Positions 1 to 15,300 of a stretch of 64,000 bases of DNA are shown here, in pieces. The position numbers were made by a program, and so were the translations under genes. Origin of the DNA: Saccostrea echinata. Taxonomy: Eukaryota. The stretch spans positions 42,780,001 through 42,844,000 of the forward strand of contig NW_026889750.1 of assembly GCF_033153115.1 (NCBI RefSeq), in the 5' to 3' direction. Position 1 is the stretch's first letter; the number at the start of each line of letters is the position of its first letter. The notes under the pieces were generated by a model, which ran no database searches, had not been told where the DNA came from, and saw only the letters and a list, made by a program, of their open reading frames with translations.

Positions 1-2004
1 TCATTCAACCAATCAATAAACAGTTTGAAATTAAATGCATATACATGTATCTACAGTTTTCAAAAGAAAAGCGTTCTTCATTGTGTAACCCATATATTGA
101 AAATTCATCACAATGGCGGTAGATTTTTCACCTGCTCCTGAGCTGACATTAACACCTATCAGTTTTGACTCTTTCATATGCTCCAATAATTTTTGTAAGG
201 TTTCCATTGCGGTACGCATTTTTAAATTCGAAAGCTGACAATTAAGAGCAAAAACATGTTTTGCTGGATCAGTGATTTTACATTGAAAGGAATACCGTGA
301 AATGCAACGATATTTTTTCTTATATACCGCGCAGTTCAGTTGTGACTCGAAACGCTTTAAATTTGTCAAAAGGGCAAGGATGAACGATTTTATTTATCTC
401 CAATAGCTTGAATAACATTAATAAGCTACCTCAACTCTATAAAAATGTAGATGCTAATAAGATTGTACACGTCTACAAGAAAAGTAAGAAATATATGTAA
501 ATGTCAGTAACGTATGTAGAATTTGTGTACTCCATCTTTGAAAAATACGAAATGCAAACGTTTTGGAAAAGTTGAGTTTAAATGTTGTCTCTGTTTATTA
601 TCAGTAATGATATCCGTGGTCAGGCGAAGAATTGAGGTTATTTGTCAGAGAGAGAGAGAGAGAGCTTAATTCTAGAAACAAAAAAAAAGGTTTATTTTAA
701 TTTGTTTCTTTTGATACGTACCCGAAATAGATGAAAGGAAGAATGCACTGTACTATTTGAAATTACATTATGCTGACTTACCCTTAAGTTATTTTAAAAA
801 TATTACAAGACTGTATGTGGAGAGAAAACTAGAGATGATATATATATATATCTTTTTAAAATATGAAATACGCAAGACCCTTTTCTTTCTACCGATCGTA
901 TGATGATGAAATATTGTCAAATGGTAATGTATACTCTTCGGTTATTGCACGCACGAACGAAAAAAAAATAAACGAGAAAGAGTAGCTTTAAATAGACGGT
1001 GTATTTGTTTCTTTAAGATTACTTTTCCAGTAAATGTATATCTCTTTCCAAATTTTCAATACATTCAGGCTGTTTTACTATCTTGAATAAATATTTAAAA
1101 AAAAAAACTTTAGATAATACTGAATTTGAATAAACAATGGTAAAATCTTAAATAAAGATAAAATACATGAAATGAATAGCACTGATAAATGGATAAGATA
1201 AGATAAATTCTGCATTAAAAAATTCTAGTGCTAGTTACAACGGTGTTGTATATAATGTAGGAAAATTAAATATCTACTCAATATAAACAATCGTGTATCT
1301 TTCTAAACGTTATATCGATACTCATAGAAACTAGTATTTTAAATACGATAAAGTTATTTAAAGTACATGTTTTTGAATCTGTGTTTTTTAACATTTGTAA
1401 CTTGAACTTGCCATTACGTGGAAATAAACTTGTAAATCGAAAGGATATATCATACAGAAAATGATTATCAAAAATCGTTTTGCTACAAGCCAAGGCCCCT
1501 TAGAACCTATTTCCATGAAATTGCAAAAGAGAAAAATAATTACCATCCACAGTTGGCTAGATAAAAATCTAAAACAGCATTATAAGTAGGAGACATTGTG
1601 GAAATTGCATACAATTATGAAACATTAATGTGTCTCTAAAACCGTTCAACATAAACAAGCATAGCATACAGAGATGTTTACAGTATCTAATGGAGGCTAG
1701 GGATGTCTCAGCTAGAGTGTTTTTACCTCATTAATCTAGTTCTGTATTGTTACATTTATTATGTCTTAGAGGGTGTGTTCTAGATTATTTTAACAATACT
1801 CATGGGATTATGAAAGCAGATCTTCTGTCTACCAAGAGAAAATATGAAGGAAGTTCTAAATACAGTAAAAAAGCGTGTCGTCTTTTCTTAAAATTTCCCG
1901 TTATAATGTTACGAAAAGAGCTCACATTACCGGATCATTTTTCATGCGACATTTTTCCCGCTATCATATATGAAAAAAGCTCAAATTACTGGATTATGAT
2001 TCAA

Positions 2005-2531
2005 ATGGAGCATTTCACTTTCATAAAGGAAAGAGAAGACCTATTTAACCTGATCTCATCTAAAGTAAAACATTTTACAGAATTGCCTGATAAACAAAAA
2101 ATATTCTGGATTCTAAATTGCGAAGAACTAGATATACTAAACTCTCTTGGAAGATTTTTACAAAAAACATTACCATAAATTTTAGGAATGTAACTTTTTT
2201 TTAATTTTTTTTTTTAAATTATTATTATTATTATTATTAACTATGTAAAAGTATGATACTTTCAAGTATATGGTTTAGTAATGTATGCATATATATATAT
2301 GATGTACTGTATATATACCTATAAAACAAGTCTTATGTTCATATAAGATATTTTGGGTATTCCCCTACTTGTATGTCTTTTCTATCAATCAAGCAATTCT
2401 CTTCCTCTTATGTATATGTATATTGTATTTCGTGTGTATGATCATAATCATTATATACATTTTAACAATGTACTTTCTTTTTGCCCCATGAGGGCCCTTA
2501 ATTGGTCAATAAACGAATTGAATTGAATTGG
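2005..2531 (+). mobile_element. 5'-truncated LINE 3' end
   Basis: The end of ORF 1747-2178 (EHF...REDLFNLI...F..L...K...IL) resembles the non-LTR ORF2 C-terminus. The UTR ends with AATAAA followed by (GAATT)3. Confidence 0.5.
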
Positions 2532-2818
2532 ATATAGCATATCTTATTATTAAGCCAATAAAATGAGCCCTTTTCTATTTATAAGCTCACCTGAACTTTT
2601 CTGACCGAAATTTGTCCGTTGTCTGTCGTCGTCGTAAACTTGTCACATTTCGAAAACACTTGGTTAATTTCAACCAAACTTGTCACAAAGTCGGCAGTTC
2701 TGAGTGCTTTATTAAAGCCAAACAGGTTTCAAATCTACTTATTTTTAAAATACTTTGTTATACATTCATAATTAATTTCATTTGTTAATTGATAAAAAAG
2801 AAAATTCAATGAGAAAGT

Positions 2819-3519
2819 TACGGAAGCCCTGGAGGGACATTGACTTACTTGTTACGACTTATTTGTTATAACTTATCAGTTGTAACTTATTTGTTATGAC
2901 TTTTTTATTGCTGGTTATAACTAAGTGTAACGTAGCTATGGAGAACTTGTAGCTTGGCTTACGTGTATTATTAAAAGTGATATGTTAAGTCCTAGTTAAA
3001 CTATGGTTTCTAATTGATTAATTACAATTTAACGACCAGTACAGTTGTGACTACTAAATTCTTATCTGTTAATATCTTGTAACTTTGTTGTTATAGATTA
3101 ATTTTTATTTGTTAATTCTTATTTGTTATTTCTTGACTTCGAGAGACTTTGATTGATTCATAATTTATTTATGTTATATTTGTCATGTTAAAAACTCTGT
3201 AATAGAGGAAATAAATGATGAATGAAAATGAATGAACTCAATAGTTATTATTTAATTCTTATTTGTAACTTTCAGTTTGCATAATAATTGAGCACACGAA
3301 CATAACTACTATTTTATCTTGTCGTTAGTAATAAATTCAAAAGCAAAATATTACTTTCTTCTTTTCTTAAACTACACGTAGCCTCCATTTTTCACGCCAC
3401 GTTTTGGGGGTAAAGTAAATGTGTGATAACAAAATTAAAATAACAAAAATTAACAATTAAGTCATAAGAACTAAGTCAAAACACAAGAAGTAAGTCAATG
3501 TCCCTCCTGGGCTTCCGTA
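2819..3519. mobile_element. Non-autonomous IS3EU-like DNA transposon C
   Basis: Ends TACGGAAGCCCWGGAGGGACATTGACTTACTT (32-bp TIR, 1 mismatch). TSD GAAAGT at 2813-2818 and 3520-3525. Degenerate ~14-bp GACTTATTTGTTAT subterminal repeats. Confidence 0.85.
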
Positions 3520-5262
3520 GAAAGTATTCTAAATGGAAAATTCAAAATTATCAAAAAAAAAAAAAAAAAAAAAAAAAAGAAAGAAAGAAAGAAAGAAAGA
3601 AAAGAAAAAGAAATAGAAAAAAAATATTTCTTGGCATATTTTCATTATCAAATGTTCAATCATCTTATTTTTTTTAATCTAGAATATTAGAATTACATCT
3701 GTTGCTATGAAAAATGTAGTACTTTACAAACTTTTTTTCCTACATCGCCTATGGAATATAAACACCCCCATATCAATCATCACCTTCTTCTTGCAACACA
3801 TTTCTTCTGAAGATTCCATAGTTACGTCATTTGTTTGTTTTGAAAAACAACAGAAGTCTATTTTTAGAAGAAAAAAATCTTACAAAATTCGTATATCTAG
3901 TAACTACATTACAAGTATAGGCTTATAGATTTTATTTCAAGATTTCACGGATACTTATTTAAAAAACAGAATACAAACCACATGTTGTGGAATGTGCGGA
4001 TGGCAGATGTTATTGTACGTTTAGGACATAATTATTTTTGGATGTCACAGTTAGAGCTGGTCAACATAATTTGTTACACAGACAAGGCGCAGCGTGATGT
4101 CACATAACAACCAATGCTTTATTTTTTTAATTTAAAATGTACATTATCAAACGGTGCATCGCCCTAATAAATAAATAAATAAACATGTAATAGGTTTTAG
4201 TGTATGAAGATAAATTAACATCATGTAAAGAATATGATTTGCGCCCATTCGAAATAGCTTTCTCTCTCTCTCAGAGCTTGGGAGAGAGAGAGAGCTTTTA
4301 TATGTGTATATCACTCAAAAATGAACCACACTTGTATGTTTACGAAAATAACTCTTAAATTACAAAAAGGTACAGTGGCTTCAAGTTGTCATTTAGTTGT
4401 TGAAAAAACATGTCAGTCACAATGAAATACTGTACTGATTTAGACACATATTTCGTTCCTCGTTATAGATCTACATAGTGCCTTTCATGCCACCACAAAA
4501 TACTAGTTCATGGCACACTTGAATTCCAAGCTATATTTATAAAATTGTAATATTTTTATCTATATATTTACATTCTTAAATTTCTTTGTCCGAAATAAAC
4601 TACAAATAGTAAAAATGTTTGATTTCTACAAAAAGCTATTGGTTCATCGATAGGTGTGGTCTAAAAAAAAATCACGTGCGGGGCGGGAGACAGAGAAAGA
4701 GAAGTAGGCGGGTCTTGGATCACGTCAATTTAAGGTATCAAGAGCATGTAAACATAAGGAATGACTGTTTAATTTTTTTGGTTTTATGATGTGATCAAGC
4801 AATTGGCTTGCGTGATAATTTCATGCATAAACACCTTTTTATGCAAATTATCATGCAAGCCAATTGCTTGATCACACCATAAAACTAAAAAATTAGAGAG
4901 TTATTCCGTAAAAATATTTTTCTTGATTTCCTTACAAAACTCTGTTTTTCAAAAGAACTTAACGACTATAAAAAAAAAAAAAAACTAAAATCTCTCCAAC
5001 TACTGTGGAATCATCAATGTTCGTGGGAGACCAATATTCGTGGATTTCGTGGGTCATCCCTACTCACATATATACAACCCTACAAAGAAGTAAAATTTTG
5101 CTTGCCCACGAACATTGACCCCACGAATTAAAATGATTATAGATATATTACATAGATTATAATAGGTTAGATAAATTGAACTTTTCTTACATTAAAATCA
5201 CAATTTAGCAAATGTTAAGTGTAAAATTATTTGCTTTTGGTCTTAGTAGTTGACGCTTTTTT

Positions 5263-7713
5263 CAGAATGGATTAAATGCATCAGATGGATGTTGAAATCG
5301 CGCATTAAGAGACTGAGGGCAATATGAAAACCATCTATCCTTCTGTCTTCAATAATTCAGAAGTGAAAAAAGAATTAGATAGATTACACGATCAGTATGT
5401 ACTGCTCCCCGCTGACAAAGCAGGTGATAATATTGTCTTTGTTTGTAAGGCTCATTATTTGAATTGTATTTAAAGATACATACATGTACCACAAACAAAT
5501 TTTCTTATCTCCCACACAGAAGAATTACATTGGTATTTTTTCAATATTTTTTTTTCAATGGAAAAGTAATTAAGAAGTTTTAAATGTGTAAAATGTTAAA
5601 ATACAATCTTGAAAATATCCCAAGAAAACTTGCAGTAAGATATCTTCATACACTTCTTAAACTTTTCAAAAATATACCGGTATTGAGATGTAAAGTTGCA
5701 TTTTTGCACTTTTTACCAATTTATGTGGCTTGCAAGGCAGTGACTAGGCTCAAATTTTTAGTGAGACAAGGGATCTGGGGCCACCCAAGTTTCAAGTGGG
5801 TCCAGGGTAGTGTCCTGATGGGGGTTCTCGGGGGGAGGGGTCACGAAACCTGGGTTTTAGTAAATTAAGGACAATCTTTTAAAGTTTTCACGATTTGAAT
5901 TATTTTTACATGCGTTCTAAACGACAATGAAACCCCTAGTGAGATGATAGATTTACTGAAATTGAAACAAAAGTTGAACAGTTGTTGTAAGCATTAATTA
6001 GTACAAAGACACACATAAGTACAATGTAATTAACGTTCAAAGTAAAACTCTTTTCACTTTTCAGAAAACTCTGAAATTTTAGTAAGGCATTTGCCTCACT
6101 TGCCTCAATGGTAGTTACGGCCTTGGCTTGGCCAAACATTAAGCTGTTTAACAAAACAAAAATCACTTTTAAAGTGAGAGAGGCACATATTTTAGCAAAA
6201 ATATTTGCGTTTTGGAAGAAAAGAATTTGTGTTATTTATCCTGAAGGGGAACTAAGGTTAAATTCTGCAAGGTGTAATACTTATACCCATAGTTCCCCTT
6301 CTAAGGAGGGAATTATTCACACAAAAAAATATGTCAGTTTTAAATATTTTTAATATTCCCAACAATCAAAATGAATTTGAATTGCCATACCTATACTGGA
6401 TTCCAAAACTCTATAAAAATCCTTACAAAGATACATAGCGGGTTCCAATAGATGTTCTACCAAACCTCATTCTTTATTCCTCACTAAAATATTTACAGCT
6501 GTGAAGGAGAAATTTCTTCAGGAGTACTGCACAACAGTATATTCGAGAAGTGGAGTAAATCAGAAGTGGATGCTTAAAAACTCCAAGGAACTTTTAGAAA
6601 ATTTGAAATTACAAATTTTTACCAAAATCAATAATATCAAAACGTACGACTTTTTAACACTTTGTACAACCATTCACCACAATAAATTAAAGTTCAGGCT
6701 TTTTTACATCATAGAGAGCTGCTTTTTCAATAAAAACGGAATTCGTAAATATTCTTACCTTATCATTGGTCATTTGCAAAATTATTTTGTTAAAAAACAT
6801 TCAGATTGTACACACAAGTACTCTGGAGTTGATATTAAAAAGATGCTTGAGTTTCTGATTGACAATATCTATGTAGTTCTTTCAACAATCTGTTGGAATT
6901 TCCATGGGTACCAATTGTGTCCTCTTATTCTGTATTCATATGAAGCAGAATGTATTCAAAAATTTCTACATGAGAAGAAGAAAACACTTGCACTTCAACT
7001 CGACATTTAGATATATCGACGACGTATAGTTACTTCCATTCATACGTCGACTCAATATATCCAAGAGAACTTGAAATAAAAGATACCACGGAGTCTGTTT
7101 CATATTTGGATATTTTACTAGAAAAAGACTTTAATGGTAACCTAACAACCAAACTTTATGATAAACGTGACTTTATGATAAACGTGATGACTTCAAATTT
7201 TTATTCGTCAACTTCCCATACTTGTGTAGCAATATACCCTTGTCACCTGCATATGGGATTTTTGTCTCCTAGTTGATTCGATAAAAAAAAGAGCATGCTC
7301 TACTTATGAACAATTTCAAAAAGGGGGCAAGCTATTGACAAACAAGTTGATGAAACAAGGATATCAACAGTCTCGGTTAGTCATCATTTCGTATTATAAT
7401 TTCGTTTTATGGTCGATATAATGACCTTGTCAGCAAATACAACTTACCATTAAGTCCAATGCTGACTGACATTTTTCATACTAACTGTTTGCCCATTATT
7501 TACACACTGAATTGTCTACGGACATTTTTCGTTTTCCCGATCGTGACAAGGAGCACACGACGGGTGTGACCGGTCGGCAGGGGATGCTCACTCCTCCATG
7601 ACACCTGATCCCACGTCTGATGTTTTTTGGAAGTCTGTGTTTGCGCTGATCCTGATTTGTATTGCTTAAATGGACTTTGAGCTTGAATACTGTTCATTAT
7701 CTCCATATTTCAT
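5263..7713 (+). mobile_element. Decayed Naiad copy, interrupted by an insertion at about 5478-6243
   Basis: Colinear with 50274-51976 with many frameshifts and stops. ORF 6501-7010 is an RT fragment. Same 3' UTR and TTTCAT end. The insert contains a Harbinger-like end (tagttacggccttg, about 6112-6125). Confidence 0.88.
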
Positions 7714-8236
7714 CGTAAGTTCTTTTTGTAAAACGTGATCTTGATCAACAAAATGTTAAAATAATTATAATCAAATAATATATGTCTAGCAAGATTAAAA
7801 GTTGCTTGACGTGCCCCCTAATGGCCTATTGGAAAATTGCAAGTAGGAATTTTTTCATTTCAAGCTTAAGCGCCTCATTTAATTTTTCCTACAAGATTGG
7901 TAACCATCATATTCCCTGTAACAAAAAGCATCATTGTTTAAATAATCTGTCCTCATGCTTGTCTACAATTTTGGAAAAAATTGAACAAGGATTTCCATTG
8001 ACATCAACGCAGGTAAACTAAAAACATTCAAATCATTGTGTTCATATTCAAATTATAAAACTCTGACACCATTTATTTAAATATTTATTAATTTTAAGAT
8101 TTTCATTTTAAAGACATGTTAGACACATAGATTTATTTTTAAAGAAATCCATCATTTAATCATTTTTCATTTGGTATTAATTGGAAATACCTGCATGCAT
8201 GTCATAATAATGTCACATAATCAAGTATAGTTTTAA

Positions 8237-8845
8237 AGGGGCTTGGAGGCAAATTTGAAAATAATATTTTGTAAAATTTTCAGTATAATGTCATGACTTA
8301 TATGTTGCTAAAGCATTTCAAACGTATTATAAAAGCGTGTTTAGAAGCTTCTTTTATCTGAAAAATTATTAAAACTACGAATTTTGGGACGCGTTTGATT
8401 GACACACATATCCTTGTATTTTCAAGAGGAATTATTATCAATTTTTACGGAAAAAAAAAATGTGTGTATTTATGAAAAATATTAAAAGTATAATCCAGTA
8501 AATTCAGATCTGAGATGAGAGATAGCAAAAGCAACACACCGGTGTTGTCAATTCGTGTTCAGTGATGTACAGTGTATGCAGAGTTAACAAATTGAGCGCA
8601 CCCGTTAAAACGAAAACATTAGCAATAACAGAGCTCTTGTCCATGTTTAAAAAGATAGATGTTTAAGAAAGTCGTTGTCATTCAATTTAAGAAAGTTCAT
8701 GAAAAATTGTAAACAAAACTGCAATGCACGTCTTTAACCGAAGATTGAAAATTAACATACAATTAAAGACTAATATCAAATATTTTTTTTTTTATCTTCA
8801 TTAGTTTATATTTCTCTTGGTAAAAGTGCAAATCCATGGCAAACT
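8237..8845. mobile_element. Kolobok-like element related to 35796-36566
   Basis: Flanked by TTAA; the first ~400 bp align with 35796-36190. Confidence 0.65.
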
Positions 8846-9086
8846 TTAAAGCTCTTAATCGCAGTGGTCGGTGATTCTATTAACACTTACTGGGTCAAGT
8901 TTCTATAGTATAATTAAAAACAGGCTACAATAGGCTTACAAAATCCTGAAAATGATTTCTGAATTCTCATTGAAAAAGAAAGTGTTACAGCAAACTTTGT
9001 CGCTAAGCGACCAATGTCAACGCACATTGCAGCACAGAATACATTAAGTCGAGGAATTCGAAGGAAACGAAATTGAAATTGAATGT

Positions 9087-9234
9087 NNNNNNNNNNNNNN
9101 NNNNNNNNNNNNNNNNNNNNNNNNNNNNNNNNNNNNNNNNNNNNNNNNNNNNNNNNNNNNNNNNNNNNNNNNNNNNNNNNNNNNNNNNNNNNNNNNNNNN
9201 NNNNNNNNNNNNNNNNNNNNNNNNNNNNNNNNNN
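9087..9234. other. Assembly gap
   Basis: N run. Confidence 1.
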
Positions 9235-9492
9235 GCAATTCTTATATCTGGGGCTTTGCACTTTAAAAGAATTTAATCTAGAATATTGTCCATTATTTAA
9301 GAAACCACTTGAACTTTTGTACCTGTTAGAGATTCACACAGACATAGATGTAATGAGGGAAAAATAAAACCTGTTTCTGTATTTTAAATTAATCTTGGAT
9401 TTTACTGATATGCGTTAAATATACCTTTAATTAAATACACATGTACTAGTATTTTTCATATGTATTTTTTTTTATTTATTAGCTTATGTAAA

Positions 9493-10583
9493 CAGGTCTG
9501 GGCGGCCTCCGTTTTTGGAGGATAGCTAAATTCAATATGGCTGCCGAAATTTTTACCATATATGGAAACCGCGTTGCATTGTGGGATAGTTTATCCTCCG
9601 ATTTCAGAGGATAACACAGGTAATTTTCAAACACCTCGTGCCTACCTTTAATCAAAAAGTGCAAGCACCAGAGTACATGCAAATAAAAGTTCAAACATTA
9701 AACTATCGATTTTATGTGGCGATTTGAGATTCTATGTCTAGATATTTTGCAATTTATTTTCAAAGTTAGCACTTTTTGCGCTCCACTATTACTGAATATT
9801 TCTTGTTATTTGTTTTATTTTTTATGATTTTTCTCTATTTAGACAAATAGAAAAGGACTTTAATGTTTCTTTTATATTTTCTTTTAATTAAAAAAAAAAG
9901 GAAACAAAAAAGGAAACGCACATTTTAAGCGTATTTAAAACGCAAAATATACTCTGCCTTATAATTTAAGCAAATAAAAGTATAAATGTATTGAATGAAT
10001 TATTAAAAAAATAGATAAATAAATTGAATAGCATAAGTAAATAAAATAAATAATTTGACATGTTTACTAAGAAATTAACATATATTCATACAGCCATGTG
10101 TATACATAAACAAATAAAATATTACAAAGTGATGTGCTTAAGAATTATTAAATGAAAGAAATAATAAATTATTAAACTTAATTTTTCAAAAAAAATTGTT
10201 TATCAAAATTTCTAAACTGCTTATCACATAATTACGGTACTGGAAAATCAGCTGGTTCAGATAATTAACCTCAGTCACAGGCAGGTAAGTGCAATATTTG
10301 TTTTCCAAGCTGTATACCGAATAACTGATTGACGGCAATTACAAAAATATAGTTATATTAATTTAATATCTGGAATTACATGTATCCATCATCATATGAA
10401 ATTGTACCTTTTATTTGTTTTATTTCGAAATCAGCGTACGGTTCATAAATGCAAGAGTTGCTGTTATTTGTTTGGTTAAGAGTTAACTGCCCTTAGTTTT
10501 GAAAATTCCGGTAGGTGGCAAGACTGCTATCCTCTGTTTTCAGAGGATAAAATCTATCCTCCAAAAACAGAGACCTAGACCTG
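9493..10583. mobile_element. Non-autonomous DNA transposon with 5-bp TSD (hAT5-like)
   Basis: TIR CAGGTCTRGG...TTTTTGGAGGATAG; GTAAA directly flanks both ends. Confidence 0.65.
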
Positions 10584-12376
10584 GTAAAAGTTACATGATG
10601 ACACAAGATGATGCATACAAAATATCGTTTCGTTACTGCAAACTCGGAGGCGACTGTCGGTCATGGGATAATTCAAAACTTGTTTAAATAATCTATTTAA
10701 GAAGTAATAATGATATAAAAGAAATTAAAGATGATAAATAAAGCACTTCGCTGCGTCCAGTTCAACAAAATTTGTAATTACGAGTAGCCATCGCTCCATT
10801 TCTAAGCAACAGTCTATAGCAAATTTTCATTTATAATCCAGTAAAAAGAGACGAAATATAAGCGGACATTCGCAAGATTTAACTGATGGATAACCCCTGC
10901 CTTTTCTGTCACATTTAACAAGCACTATAGGTGGTCTCCTTTGTTCGGCCCGTAATTTGTAATAATGCGGGTTTTAAACTGCCCAAAATTCCCCTTCCCT
11001 CCGAACGAGCCATTGAAATTCCACAACCGGCGATGTTCTGATTCTTTCACTCTGGCACAGGCAGCCTGACAGGTGCGCTAGATTTGTACGGTAAGCATTT
11101 CCCACATTTGATTGCATGTGCACTTGGGATTTGGATTAGCTGTGTTAACCTTTGTCGACCAAGGTGTCTTTTTCACCTAATTGTTTAGATTACCTATATA
11201 TCTTGTTCCAAAACATGTTCTTATGAATAACGTGTCGGTTAGCTTACATAACTAAAAATTACAAAACCCTAAAGAGGATTTATATTTCTTTAAAAGGAAC
11301 GAATTTTTCATTGTATCATCAAATGTGAATGAGTTGAACAGTTAACTTTGTTGCCTGTTCGTTTATTTAAGTAGGAACAATGGGGAAAAGTCTTATTCCA
11401 CAATCCGTAAGTAAAAGTCAACAGATGTTCCAACCATGCGGTATTTGGAAGGCAAACTTCAGAGTTTTGTCCTTCCTATTTGTGATATTTAGAACTAGTG
11501 TCTATCTGACATATTTACTATTCATCAATAAAAATATGCATTGTGACTACTTCGTAATTTTATTGATAAGTAGAAAATATGTTAAAAAGACACCACGCTT
11601 TTTAAAGTTCCATTCCAGCATCATAATTATGTAATACTAGTATTAAGTAACATACAAAAAATCTCGAGGATTTTTAAGGAAACTCTATTTTCACAGTTTT
11701 GTAGTTTAAAACAAAATTTGGTAATACGACTAACATCAAAAAGGTATGTGAGATAATATTGAAGTGCGTACTGCGGATATTGATCATCGTTTTGTTCATT
11801 CTCCTTTTTATCCAGCATATATAGTCTAGATTTGTTTGATAAATGTAACTAAAAGCTAATTTAATAATGGCTTATGAAGTGTTGCCGAGAAAACATGAAT
11901 GGAGGTGTTAAATATTATTTTTATCAATGGCATAGACGCATTTTAGAAAAATGGCATTTCATGGAAAGGGGCAATTATAATGATGCTTTGTTAATGGCAT
12001 AATGAATCCTGGATTAGGAGAAATAATTCACTGCGTATTTTATTTTCTCGACGATAGACTAGATGAAACCTAAAAAAAACCCAGCATAATACATGTTATG
12101 TGCAAATTCTTAAATGAAATAATGCCAGACAATGTTTAAATATGCTGGGTCTTCAGAGGGCAATATCATACTTGTACTCTTCAGACTTGTATGCTATTCA
12201 TTTGTGCAAAGTGGGTCAACGAAGGGACATTAAACTCTTTCATAACGTTACCAAGGCGAGCAATGTTTGACTTCTACTGAATTTCCGATAATTGTCAACC
12301 AGACTACTGGGCAATGCCAATGGTCATTGTTGTTCGTATTTATATACTGCTTTGTTATTGACAGACCGAGCCCGAC

Positions 12377-15300
12377 ATGAAGACAGTCAGTGAGTACTTG
12401 GAGAACGTGCTTGAGGAGACGGGTGGATTTGGGAAGTTCCAGATCCTTCTTCATGGCAGCATTCTCTTCAGTAAGGTGTCCATTACTTGGAGTCTCCTCA
12501 TCATGGCGTTCGCTGGGGCTGCTCCAGACTGGTGGTGTGTCTACTCCAACACAACCGATGTCCAATCTTCCATAAACTACAGCACCATATCGAACACAAC
12601 CATGACGTCACCAGTCCATGACGTGTTTCTAGCGTCTAAAACATGTTCACCCCCTGTTAACGGATCTACCTGCCAAGCTTTCGTCTTCGACAACAGCATG
12701 AAGACGATCATCAGCGAGGTCATTTTCTTCTCAAAATTATTAAAAATCTGATTCAGTAATTCTATAATGAAGTGTCAAATCTACTTTGCTAATAATAGGT
12801 CGGATTTGTACTAACGTACGTCCTGTGAATCTGCGTGAATCAGGAATTGTTTTCATTATGTATTTGGCGTGAACTCTGCACAGAATGCATAAACATTACG
12901 GAATTTTAAAACAAAGTGATCATGCCATAATAGTTCTGAACAAATTTTGATTTCTGATGTCGAAACATTTTATTTTGAATGGGTTCAGGGAGAATATAGA
13001 ACTGTTTGTTTTCACAATATGCGTGGTAATGACCACCGAAAGCAGAAACTTTATAAACTGAATCGAAACCGTATGATCACATGATTGTTTGGCGAATCAA
13101 GCTTCATTTGCAATGTAAGCGAGAGAGGGGGTCAAATTGAATTCATATGCAGAAGCAGATTGAGAAGGAAAATGGGGCACCCTCACCAAATTTTGAATCA
13201 TTGTTTCATAGCAAAGATGTAAAGTATACCATCAACCGTATTAAGTGTTAAGTTTCATAAATCAGTGGAAGAGCTTCATTTCGTTACACCAGTATTAATC
13301 TTTGAACCCCTTCTATTAATTACTTGAACTTTTTTCACATTTCGACAAGTGCTGCGTCATATATTCTTTAATACACGCAGATATATGTAACAATTCATTT
13401 ATTTTTGTTAATATATTTATTTGCATGACATCCTAGTTTGTAAAACAACAACATACTTAAATATTTTTTTTTTCAGTGGGGATTGATCTGCGACAGAAAG
13501 TGGGTGACAGCGACTGTCTCCTCGGTACAAATGGCGGGTCTTCTCATTTCCGGTTTTCTGGGTGGACAGTTGGCGGATCTGCTGGGGCGGAAACCGACAT
13601 TCTTTGTGTCGCTTTTCATTCTATCCGCCTCTAATATTGTGGCTGGATTTTCCCAGTCCTGGGTGATGTTCGCTGTGACCCGTTTTATCATCGGACTGGG
13701 GTGTGGAGCATACCTCACTGTTTTCTACACATTCTCTGTTGAGTTCACACCAACTAAATTCCGTCCCATTCAGTTAGCCGTCCCGGATTGGTCAATCTGG
13801 GCCGCCTTGTTGGGGCTTTGTTCCTATCTGTTGAAGGACTGGAGTAGTTTACATATTCTAACTGGAGTTTTGACTGGACTCAGTCTTTTGTCCTGGTGGT
13901 GAGTCTGTGATATTTGTTTTATTACTATCAAACAATATTTAAAACTTGATGGAGGTACATGTATATATATCATATGTTGTAATTGTGAATTCATGGGTTG
14001 AGATTTACAACTGACATGATAGAGGAGTAGATTTAACAGAGGCAAAGTATAAACTCATATGATATCAAAATCCTACAGAAGTGATATTTCTTTAATTTTT
14101 TTTTTCACAGGATTGTTCCCGAAAGTTTCCGATGGTTAGTGTCACATGACAAATTGGCCGAGGCAGATAGGGTCATCAAGAAAATTGCTCACTTAAACAA
14201 CCATCCCAAACCCGATCTTAATAAACTCCAAGCCGTCCTAGAATCGGATAGCACGTTTCAAGGAGACAGAAAATACACATTTTTGGAATTGTTCCGAAGT
14301 CGAACCCTTTTGGTCAACACTGCATTAGCTGGTGTTGCCTGGTAAGATGATTGTTGACTGTTGAGAAATAGAGGACACAACTTATGTTTTAAAACTAGGG
14401 AAAAAATGTAAAATTGCTAAATTAAATAAATTTACACTTCCACAAACATTCTGTTAATTACTAAGTAATGAACAACATGAAATTTTCAAAAAAAAATATT
14501 TAAAAAAAACGAAAAGTGATCAATGTCATAAGTCCTACAAACAAAACGACACTTGAACAGGGCTAAAATGCAGACCCCTGGACATATCTAAGGTACTTAA
14601 TTGTTGGACCTTATCATCATAGACTAACGATTAAATCACTGGTACAAATTGACCATTATAAAAGTTCACCTTCGTGATTCACATCAAATATAATCTATTT
14701 CTATATAATGTCGCAGGTTCTCTTGTGGTTATGCCTACTACGCTATTTCCTATAGCGTGGACCAACTCTCAGGAAACCTCTACCTCAACATGTTTCTTCT
14801 TAGTGTCATCGACATTCCCGCTCTTATGAGCATTTGGTACCTCAGTAACCGGTACGTATTCAGTAACCAAATAGTACCTCAGTAACCGGCAAGCATTCAG
14901 TAACCGATATCATAAAAAGTATCTAAGTAACTGGTAAGTATTCAGTAACTGTTAAGTACCTTCAGTAACCGATATAAGTACCTCAGTAACTAGTAAGCAT
15001 CGGTAACCGATAAATAAAGTAACTGGTAAGCATCAGTTACCGATAAAGACCTCAGTAACTGGTAAGTATTCAGTAACTGGTAAGTATAAAGTATCTCAGT
15101 AATTGATAAATATTCAATAACCGATAAGTACCTTAATAACTGGTAAGTATTCAGTTACTGATAAGTACTTCAGTTACCGAAAAGTACCTGAGTACATGTT
15201 CCTCATTAATGAATACATACATGTACATGTACCTCAGTATATTTTTGTGTTTATCACATGCCATCAATTAATTTTGTAAACAGTATCTCAGAAACGGATA

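Noticed and set aside
31-369. 112-aa ORF at the window start
   Set aside because: No recognisable motif or supporting exon structure.
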